This document shows, in pieces, positions 36,341 through 42,492 of a stretch of DNA of 42,492 nt (the first letter of the stretch is position 1; each line of letters starts with the position of its first letter). Location: the NCBI GenBank assembly GCA_018658955.1, contig JABIPM010000012.1:1-42492 (forward strand). Direction: 5' to 3'. The translations under genes were made by a program, and so were the position numbers. Source of the stretch: Candidatus Woesearchaeota archaeon. Lineage in GTDB: Archaea; Nanobdellota; Nanobdellia; SCGC-AAA011-G17; UBA489. The notes under the pieces are model-generated. The model did not search any database, had not been told where the DNA came from, and was given only the letters and a program-made list of their open reading frames with translations.

Positions 36341-36664
36341 TTAAAAATCCTCCGAATATGCTTTAATTCCTATGATTGCTGGACCTTCATTTTCTACAAT
36401 AAATCTATAGGCATATTCGGGATAGTCATTTTCTTTAGTTACAAGTTCCCCTTCTTTAAAATCAGCAAGTACAGATTCTGCCTCAAGATTCACAAAATTA
36501 TACAAATCTTCATAATTGTAAATATAATCATCTTGATCTTTAATTTCAAAAACATAAATACTTGGATCAGAAAAAACTCGATATTTTTCAGTTTCATAAT
36601 CTAAATTTGCCCTAAGATCCCTACCAAAAACTGTTTTAAATGACTGTAAAACTATCCATTTACA
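36341..36664 (-). pseudogene. start-less 107-codon open frame ending in a duplicated proteasome-beta-like N-terminus (gene remnant)
   Basis: Hand translation gives CKWIVLQSFKTVFGRDLRANLDYETEKYRVFSDPSIYVFEIKDQDDYIYNYEDLYNFVNLEAESVLADFKEGELVTKENDYPEYAYRFIVENEGPAIIGIKAYSEDF*. No in-frame ATG/GTG/TTG gives more than 54 aa. The nearby ATGs (36665, 36659) are out of frame. Confidence 0.45.
36350..36381. repeat. direct repeat copy B (32 nt), at the 3' end of the start-less frame
   Basis: ctccgaatatgctttaattcctatgattgctg. See copy A at 35627-35659. Confidence 0.85.
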
Positions 36665-36722
36665 TCAAAAAATAACCTCTCCTCCGATGAATCAAATAAT
36701 ACAAACCCCGCAATTGCGTATA

Positions 36723-37580
36723 TTATAATTTAATCCTTTTTTTATGAATGGATAAATATCTTCTAAAATAATAATTAACAAAATGTTCTTCATCTTGGGT
36801 AAATGCCTTGTAATAAGATGCTCTTTTTTTATATTCAATTATCAGCATAGGATAACCTGCATGCCACAATAGATGATTCATTAATAATCTTCCAATTCTA
36901 CCATTTCCATCCCCAAATGGATGAATGATTTCAAATCTATAATGTGCTCTCGCAGATAATTCAACAGGATTCATTTGTTTATTTTTATCAATAAATTTTA
37001 CAAATTCATTCATACGCCCCATTACCTCTTGCCAATCGGGAGCAACGTAAGGGCCAATACGGACCAGATAGTCTCTAAATTTCCCGGCAACATCTTCTTT
37101 AGTAAATTTAAAAACATCTTCATGCCATCTCAATAATAATTTCTTTGTTAATTTTTCTTTTTTCTTTAATAATTTTAAAAAAACTTTATTATGCTCCTCT
37201 GTTTCTTTAATTTCATTTAATTCTTTATTTGGAGCAATTCTATTATGAACTATTTCTCTTGTTTCTTCGAGAGTGATTGTTGATCCTTCAATAGCATTGG
37301 TGTTATATGTAAATGCTATCGCAATTTCTTCAAGTTCCTTTTCCTTCATACTTTTTGGAAGTTTTTCCCACTCTTGTTGAAATTGAGATTTAATAGATTC
37401 TAATTTTTGATATAACTGTCGATTACATTCTTTTTTGAATTTAGATTTTATAACTTCAATATCATCAGGAATAATTTTTCCTAGATATTTCTCTCTTGTA
37501 ATTGATTTACCCCCTTCCCTATATGAATGCTGTAAATAAAAATATTCTTTATTTCCCTTTTTTCTTGTTATAATTCTCAC
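36723..37580 (-). CDS. Fic-domain protein (putative AMPylase) with N-terminal inhibitory motif
   Basis: Canonical Fic motif HPFGDGNGRIGR. The upstream TNAIEG matches the (S/T)xxxE(G/N) autoinhibitory helix. Confidence 0.9.
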   Translation of the reverse strand: MRIITRKKGNKEYFYLQHSYREGGKSITREKYLGKIIPDDIEVIKSKFKKECNRQLYQKLESIKSQFQQEWEKLPKSMKEKELEEIAIAFTYNTNAIEGSTITLEETREIVHNRIAPNKELNEIKETEEHNKVFLKLLKKKEKLTKKLLLRWHEDVFKFTKEDVAGKFRDYLVRIGPYVAPDWQEVMGRMNEFVKFIDKNKQMNPVELSARAHYRFEIIHPFGDGNGRIGRLLMNHLLWHAGYPMLIIEYKKRASYYKAFTQDEEHFVNYYFRRYLSIHKKRIKL

Positions 37581-37643
37581 AAAATCATTACCATTACAAA
37601 CTATTTAAATCTTTACATTTAATCAAAATTGTAATGGCAAGAA

Positions 37644-37726
37644 CGCCACGACCCGGATTTGAACCGGGATGTCCAGAAGGACCTGGATTAGCAGTCCAGT
37701 GCAATACCAAATTATGCGATCGTGGC
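37644..37726 (-). tRNA. tRNA-Ser (anticodon GCU), 83 nt, no encoded CCA
   Basis: Hand-folded. Acceptor GCCACGA/UCGUGGC, anticodon arm CUGGA-CUGCUAA-UCCAG, long variable arm GUCC-UUCU-GGAC, T arm CCCGG-UUCAAAU-CCGGG, discriminator G. Confidence 0.9.
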
Positions 37727-37770
37727 TTAATCATTTTCTTATAATCCTAATTTATAAGCGTTATCAAAAA

Positions 37771-37852
37771 CGCCGCGAGTAGGATTTGAACCTACATATC
37801 CGAAGAAATCGGTTTTCGAGACCGACGCAATACCAAATTATGCGATCGCGGC
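37771..37852 (-). tRNA. tRNA-Ser (anticodon CGA), 82 nt, no encoded CCA
   Basis: Hand-folded. Acceptor GCCGCGA/UCGCGGC, anticodon arm UCGGU-CUCGAAA-ACCGA, long variable arm, T arm GUAGG-UUCAAAU-CCUAC. The 5' 26 nt are nearly identical to the neighbouring tRNA-Ser. Confidence 0.9.
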
Positions 37853-37932
37853 ACAATGTTTCATTCAATTGATAATTAATAAACCTAACCAAATATTTAA
37901 ATATCATTTATAACCTCTATTTAAACAATAAA

Positions 37933-38730
37933 ATGCCCCATTCTGAACTACAAAAAGCCTATGAAAGGATAAATAACTTAGAAAAAACTATTAACAACCC
38001 CTCACAGACCCAAGAAATTAGAGATTTGAGACAAACATTAAAAGAAATAGAACTAAAATTAAACACAGACGAAAAAACAGGAATTCTTTCAAAAACAGGT
38101 TTAGAAAAATTATTAACAACAACGACAAATTCTCAATGGCCTAGCGGAATAATTTACATAGATATGATGGGATTAAAAGAAATTAATGATAAATACGGCC
38201 ATAATGTTGGAGATATTCAAATTAATCAAGTGGCTTATGGGTTAAAACATGTCTTACGTTCGAGTAAAGAAGCACATGGAAATGAAAGAAGAATGGCAGA
38301 AAAAGAAAATATTGGAAGTCCAGATTTAATTTTTGATTTAAGATCTCAAAATTCAGATGTGGGAAGAATGTATTCTGGAGGAGATGAATTCATAGGTGTC
38401 CTACAAAACATAGAAGGATATAATGGTTTAAGGACAGCAATGGAAAGATTATCGGAACATTTTAATTCAGAAGATTTACCTGCAATATCAATTGGTGGAA
38501 CAGTTCACGCTCCAAATAGTTCAATTGAAGATTCGATAAGGTTAGCAGAAGAAGCAATGTATGAATCTAAAAACGCACTAAAAACAAGAAGAGATAATTT
38601 TAGCTTAGAATCATATGACACAGGATATGCAATAAATTATCCAAATATAGGCATAAACATTTACTTACCTAAAACAGATTTCTTAACACCAATTAAGGCA
38701 GAAATAGCAAAACTAAAAAAAGTTAATTAA
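37933..38730 (+). CDS. GGDEF-domain protein (putative diguanylate cyclase) with N-terminal coiled-coil
   Basis: It aligns with PleD-type GGDEF: DEKTGILSKTGL, IIYIDMMGLKEINDKYGHNVGD, SGGDEFIGVL (GGDEF codons 38377-38391), ISIGGTV, LAEEAMYESKN. There is an insertion of about 30 aa before the GGDEF hairpin. Confidence 0.85.
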   Translation: MPHSELQKAYERINNLEKTINNPSQTQEIRDLRQTLKEIELKLNTDEKTGILSKTGLEKLLTTTTNSQWPSGIIYIDMMGLKEINDKYGHNVGDIQINQVAYGLKHVLRSSKEAHGNERRMAEKENIGSPDLIFDLRSQNSDVGRMYSGGDEFIGVLQNIEGYNGLRTAMERLSEHFNSEDLPAISIGGTVHAPNSSIEDSIRLAEEAMYESKNALKTRRDNFSLESYDTGYAINYPNIGINIYLPKTDFLTPIKAEIAKLKKVN

Positions 38731-38733
38731 AAC

Positions 38734-38747
38734 AAACCTTTATAATT
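38734..38747 (+). promoter_or_regulatory. TATA/BRE-like box (aaacctttataatt) 20 nt upstream of the MetRS start
   Basis: Same recurring box. The start codon is TTG 38767 (or GTG 38770). Confidence 0.45.
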
Positions 38748-38766
38748 CTCCTAATTCTCAATAAAT

Positions 38767-40458
38767 TTGGTGGTCAAAGTAACAGAAAAACGACTAATAA
38801 CAGCGGCATTGCCTTATGTAAACAACATCCCTCATTTGGGACACATAGTTGGATCTCACCTACCAGGTGATATTTTTGCAAGATTCTGTAGACTAAAAGG
38901 ATATGATACATTATACATCGGAGGAACAGATGAACATGGAACTCCAGCATTACTAGAGGCGAAAAAACAAAAAATCCCATTAGACAAATTCTGTACAACA
39001 ATTTACAAAGAACATAAAAAAATATATGATTGGTTCAATATTTCGTACGATAATTTTTCAAGAACTTCAAAACCAATCCATCATGAATTAACTCAGGAAT
39101 TTTTTCAAAAAATAAAAGATAATGGTTACATCAAAGAAGCGAAAATAAAGCAATTCTACTGCGAACAAGATAAAATATTCTTACCAGATAGATTCGTAGA
39201 AGGTACATGTAAAAGTTGCGGATATGAGCACGCAAGAGGTGATCAGTGTGAAAAATGTACAAAGATATTAGACACCTTAACATTAATCAACGCAAAATGT
39301 ACTCTTTGTTCAAACACTCCAGAAATCAAAGAGTCAAACCATCTTTTCTTAAAATATGATAAACTATCAAGTAAACTAGAAACTTGGTTGAAAAAACAAA
39401 CTCATTGGAGACCTCAAGTATTAAACCTAGCATTAGCATGGGTAAAAGAAGGTATAAAAGAAAGAGGAATAACAAGAGATATTGAAAATGGGGTTAAGGT
39501 GCCCTTAGAAGGTTTTGAAGATAAGGTATTTTATGTATGGTTTGATGCACCAATCGGATATATTTCATCAACTAAAGAACATACAAAAAATTGGGAATCC
39601 TATTGGAAAGAAGATTCTAAGATTTATCATTTCATTGGAAAAGACAACATTCCTTTCCATTCAATATTCTGGCCATCATCTCTAATTGCAAATGGAGAAT
39701 ATAACTTACCTTACAACGTAGTAGGGCTTCAATATCTAAATTACGAAGGTGGAAAATTTTCAAAAACACATAAGAGAGGAGTTTTCTGTGAAAACATTCC
39801 TAAAACAGGAATAAATCCGGATGTTCTAAGAGCATATCTAACCTTCGTAATTCCTGAAACAGATGATACTGAATTCAAATGGTCTGAATTTGAATCAAGA
39901 GTCAATTCAGATTTAATTGGAAATTTTGGAAATTTCATTAATAGAACATTAACATTCGCACATTCAAAATTAAATGGGGAAATTACTCAACCTAAAGATT
40001 TAGAAGAATATTCAGAATTCAATCAACAAGTTTTAGAAAAAATAAACAAAGTCGAAGAGTTATTAGAAAAAGCAGAATTAAGACATGCTTTCCAAGAGAT
40101 ATTATCTCTATCAGATTTAGGAAATAAATTCTTTAATGATCAAGAACCATGGGTGGTTCTAAAACAAGATGAAAATAAAGCAAGAGAAATTCTTTACATC
40201 TGTTCAGATTTATGTAGGAAATTAGCAATTCTTTCATCACCATACATCCCTCAAAGTTCAGAAAAAATATTTAACATATTAAACTTAAAAGAAAATCCCA
40301 CCAAACAAGCAATTTGGGAAACATCAAAAGAAATCAAAATACCAAAAAAACATAAAATAAACAAGCCAGAAGTTCTTTTTGAAAAATTAACACCAGAATT
40401 CGTAGAAGAATTCAAGAAAACCGTTGCTGAAACAAGCGACTTAAAAGACTTATTCTAG
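38767..40458 (+). CDS. metG: methionine--tRNA ligase (no C-terminal tRNA-binding appendix)
   Basis: HIGH-type PHLGHIVG, zinc knuckles CKSCGYEHARGDQCEKC and CTLC, WFDAPIGY, KMSKS-type KFSKT. Non-ATG start (TTG/GTG). Confidence 0.93.
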   Translation: MVVKVTEKRLITAALPYVNNIPHLGHIVGSHLPGDIFARFCRLKGYDTLYIGGTDEHGTPALLEAKKQKIPLDKFCTTIYKEHKKIYDWFNISYDNFSRTSKPIHHELTQEFFQKIKDNGYIKEAKIKQFYCEQDKIFLPDRFVEGTCKSCGYEHARGDQCEKCTKILDTLTLINAKCTLCSNTPEIKESNHLFLKYDKLSSKLETWLKKQTHWRPQVLNLALAWVKEGIKERGITRDIENGVKVPLEGFEDKVFYVWFDAPIGYISSTKEHTKNWESYWKEDSKIYHFIGKDNIPFHSIFWPSSLIANGEYNLPYNVVGLQYLNYEGGKFSKTHKRGVFCENIPKTGINPDVLRAYLTFVIPETDDTEFKWSEFESRVNSDLIGNFGNFINRTLTFAHSKLNGEITQPKDLEEYSEFNQQVLEKINKVEELLEKAELRHAFQEILSLSDLGNKFFNDQEPWVVLKQDENKAREILYICSDLCRKLAILSSPYIPQSSEKIFNILNLKENPTKQAIWETSKEIKIPKKHKINKPEVLFEKLTPEFVEEFKKTVAETSDLKDLF

Positions 40459-40462
40459 ACTG

Positions 40463-40476
40463 AAACCTTTAAAAAC
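40463..40476 (+). promoter_or_regulatory. TATA/BRE-like box (aaacctttaaaaac) 22 nt upstream of the tRNA 5' end
   Basis: Same box consensus as the protein-gene promoters, with correct spacing for initiation at or near tRNA position 1. Confidence 0.45.
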
Positions 40477-40497
40477 AGACCAAAACACAAATAGCGT

Positions 40498-40602
40498 AGC
40501 GAGGTAGGACAGAATAAGTGTCAAACCAGAGCTTATGTCCAATTAGGAGTGTCCGTCGGGCTCATAACCCGGAGGTCGCTGGTTCAAATCCAGCCCTCGC
40601 TA
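40498..40602 (+). tRNA. initiator-type tRNA-Met (CAU) with a 30-nt insertion/intron in the D-loop (105 nt precursor, 75 nt mature)
   Basis: Hand-folded. A1:U72 acceptor AGCGAGG/CCUCGCU+A. Anticodon arm UCGGG-CUCAUAA-CCCGG with three G:C pairs next to the loop. T arm GCUGG-UUCAAAU-CCAGC. The D stem GGAC...GUCC only closes a normal 10-nt loop (AAUUAGGAGU) if about 40511-40540 is removed. Confidence 0.8.
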
Positions 40603-41480
40603 TTAGGACCTCCACCCCTCGCAATTAAAGGCTTAATCGCCTTTTCTATTCCTTTTTTAAATTCATCGAATGAAAACACCACTATCTCCTCATCAAGATA
40701 ATTAGAGTATTTTTCCTTTAGAATTTCAGTAGTCACAACAATAAAATCAGCTGAAAGATTTAGAGACTTATAAAACTTAAATTTCTTATTTAACTTATTG
40801 CTTTTTTCTTCAGGTTTATCCCAATAAGTTGTTTCAATAAAAAAACATCTTTCAAAAAATTCACAAAAAAAATCGCAACTAAAATACCCATTACCTTTAC
40901 CAGTAATAAATCTTTTCTCGTATTCATAATTTATATTTAATTTTTTTAGAACGCCTGCAACCTCAAGCTCTAAACCATTATACATTTTTTCTCCAAGTGG
41001 ACCAATCACCATTTTACCCATATTTTTAATCCCTCTCAAAGAACCTCTTCTCCGTTTATCTAAATTTTTTGGATCCCAAAACCCCTTTTGATTATTAAAT
41101 GTGGATAAACCTCCTTTTCTACAATTAGTTAACCAATTCTGTTTAAATTCAGCATTATTATTCAATAACGTTCTAACTTTTTTACGTGCAAGTTTAGAAG
41201 CATTTTTAGCTTTTAATTTCCATTGTATTGAATATGAATCATCTTTAGCCATTTTGGATCTAACAGAATTGCTGATTGTTTTACCCAGCTTAACATAATC
41301 TAAATTCTTATTAGTCTTAATTGCAGCATTACTTTGAGCGATTCTCTTTAGTTTAGTACTTCCTAATTCATCCCTCAAATAATCTAAAACTTCCTTTTTG
41401 CTAACATTGTATTTTGAAGCAATATCTGTGCTATTCAAACGATTTTCTAAAAATTCCCTCAAAACAACCTCTTTTTCCAT
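40584..41480 (-). CDS. HTH protein with basic middle region and C-terminal PD-(D/E)xK-like (restriction-endonuclease-fold) module; possible homing/mobile nuclease
   Basis: N-terminal HTH-like STDIASKYNVSKKEVLDYL. C-terminal LELEVAGVLKKLNINYEYEKRF...YFSCDFF...CFFIETTYW resembles the E...D...E(x)K nuclease core (weak). The last 6 codons plus the stop overlap the tRNA 3' end by 19 nt. Confidence 0.5.
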   Translation of the reverse strand: MEKEVVLREFLENRLNSTDIASKYNVSKKEVLDYLRDELGSTKLKRIAQSNAAIKTNKNLDYVKLGKTISNSVRSKMAKDDSYSIQWKLKAKNASKLARKKVRTLLNNNAEFKQNWLTNCRKGGLSTFNNQKGFWDPKNLDKRRRGSLRGIKNMGKMVIGPLGEKMYNGLELEVAGVLKKLNINYEYEKRFITGKGNGYFSCDFFCEFFERCFFIETTYWDKPEEKSNKLNKKFKFYKSLNLSADFIVVTTEILKEKYSNYLDEEIVVFSFDEFKKGIEKAIKPLIARGGGPNSEGWI

Positions 41481-41546
41481 AACTCAAAATAATAAATCTA
41501 ATTTATAAAGAATTGTCGCACACTCGGTTAATAGAGTAAGTGCAAA

Positions 41547-42458
41547 ATGGAATTCCCGAAGCTCAAAAACAAACTAATACTGGCTCCAATGGCAGAAGTC
41601 ACTTCACTACCTTTTAGGCTCTTATGTAGGAACTATGGTGCTTCTATGACCTATACTGAACAACTTTCAGCCTTAGCAATAACAAGAGATTCTGCAAAAA
41701 CATTAGATATGGCTGAAACTAATTCAACTGATTCTCCAGTAGGATTACAACTATTTGGAAGAAATCCAGATATATTACTAAAGGCAGCTAAAAAATTATA
41801 CAAGCCATTTGATGTAATTGATATTAATATGGGGTGCCCTTCTAAAAAAATAGTAAAAGAAGGCTACGGGTCTGCATTACTAAAAGAAAAAGATAGAATA
41901 AAAAAAATAATATCTATTTTATCTAAAAACATTCCAAGACCAATCACTGTAAAAATGAGATCAGGATTCAAAAAAGTAGAAGCATTAGAATTAATTGAAA
42001 TAATGGAAAATGCTGGTTGTTCTGCAATTACTATTCACGCAAGAACTCAAGAACAAGGTTATTCTGGAAAATCTGATTGGGAGTTAATTAGAAAAGTAAA
42101 AGAAAAATCATCCATACCAATTATTGGAAATGGGGATGTAGTTGATCCAATTTCAGCCAAACAAATACTAAAACAAACAAAATGTGATTATATCATGATT
42201 GGACGTGCTGCAAGAAATAATCCTTGGATTTTCAAACAAATTAATACATATTTTAAAACCGGAAAAATTATTGAACAAACTTTTAAAGAAAAATTAAATT
42301 TATTTCAAACATACTTAAATCAAGGAGAAACCAACTTCAAGTTATTAAGAATGAGGGCATTAGACTTTACCAAAGGCTTACCAGATTCTCATAATTTAAG
42401 AAATACTCTTTCTAGAGCAAAAAATATTCAAGAAATTAATTCTATATTAAAAAAATAA
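41547..42458 (+). CDS. dus: tRNA-dihydrouridine synthase
   Basis: LAPMAEVTSLPFRLLC, DINMGCP (catalytic Cys), VKMRSG, TIHARTQEQGYSG, GNGDV, IGRAA. Confidence 0.9.
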   Translation: MEFPKLKNKLILAPMAEVTSLPFRLLCRNYGASMTYTEQLSALAITRDSAKTLDMAETNSTDSPVGLQLFGRNPDILLKAAKKLYKPFDVIDINMGCPSKKIVKEGYGSALLKEKDRIKKIISILSKNIPRPITVKMRSGFKKVEALELIEIMENAGCSAITIHARTQEQGYSGKSDWELIRKVKEKSSIPIIGNGDVVDPISAKQILKQTKCDYIMIGRAARNNPWIFKQINTYFKTGKIIEQTFKEKLNLFQTYLNQGETNFKLLRMRALDFTKGLPDSHNLRNTLSRAKNIQEINSILKK

Positions 42459-42461
42459 AAG

Positions 42462-42483
42462 GTAAGGGGATTTTACCCCTTAC
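42462..42483 (+). terminator. stem-loop (8-bp perfect stem gtaagggg/ccccttac, 6-nt loop) followed by aatttt
   Basis: Perfect inverted repeat 4 nt after the dus stop. This is the only GC-rich hairpin I noticed at a gene end. Its function as a terminator in an archaeon is inferred. Confidence 0.4.
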
Positions 42484-42492
42484 AATTTTAAA

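Noticed and set aside
36657-36685. A GGAGGAGAGG motif followed by ATG-TAA (36665-36660) and a 7-codon ATG ORF (from 36659), considered as a functional start-stop or leader-peptide regulatory element.
   Set aside because: It is more simply explained as the decayed ribosome-binding site and start of the gene remnant at 36341-36664. No downstream intact gene exists for it to regulate.
37644-37852. tRNA-Ser genes as attachment sites of an integrated element covering the Fic/TA/protease region.
   Set aside because: I could not find a second copy of either tRNA 3' end (for example cccggatttgaacc or gtaggatttgaacc) to the left, and no integrase is present. The short ttcaaatcc matches at about 7731, 11092 and 11312 are chance hits in AT-rich coding sequence.
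38320-38376. RxxD allosteric I-site upstream of the GGDEF motif.
   Set aside because: The five residues preceding GGDEF read G-R-M-Y-S. The Arg is present but the Asp is not, so no canonical I-site can be claimed.
1-42492. Search for CRISPR arrays, rRNA genes, transposases, integrases and IS-type inverted repeats.
   Set aside because: By eye I saw no regularly spaced direct repeats, no rRNA-like conserved blocks, and no DDE/tyrosine/serine recombinase motifs in any listed ORF. An exhaustive repeat search was not possible by hand.

Overview
This is a visibly AT-rich window (roughly 30% G+C by eye, not computed). It is very compact, and many adjacent genes overlap by 4 nt (ATGA/TAATG). The gene content is archaeal: two-subunit archaeal PheRS, deoxyhypusine synthase, diphthine synthase, and an A1:U72 initiator tRNA with a non-canonical intron. 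TATA/BRE-like boxes sit about 20-25 nt upstream of start codons. This core is mixed with bacterial-looking genes (RlmH, GGDEF, Fic, U32, N2-type ThrRS). The overall picture fits a small-genome, DPANN-like archaeon, but that placement is an inference. Most of the window is housekeeping, with a heavy bias toward enzymes that modify the translation apparatus: hypusine, diphthamide, tRNA thiolation, dihydrouridine, rRNA methylation, RNA ligase and three aaRS. I see three tRNA genes and no rRNA, CRISPR array, transposase or integrase. The candidates I rate most worth follow-up are listed below.

1. A chorismate-mutase-like mini-ORF is translationally coupled to a U32-family Fe-S protein (15857-17421). 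This may be a self-contained prephenate-supply plus RNA/quinone-type hydroxylase module.
2. An asparagine-synthetase-like glutamine amidotransferase is fused to a Dph6-type diphthine-ammonia ligase domain, followed by a coupled 55-aa zinc-ribbon ORF missing from the ORF track (31670-33891).
3. An apparently catalytically intact GGDEF diguanylate cyclase sits in an archaeal context next to tandem tRNA-Ser genes and a Fic gene (37933-38730).
4. A type II toxin-antitoxin cassette is bracketed by a 32/33-nt direct repeat. It appears to have split a proteasome-beta-like gene from an upstream start-less remnant (35627-36664).
5. A miniaturised RtcB-like ligase (7652-8560) occurs in the same window as an intron-containing initiator tRNA (40498-40602).

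All family assignments rest on motifs recognised by eye from the translations. No database search was run.
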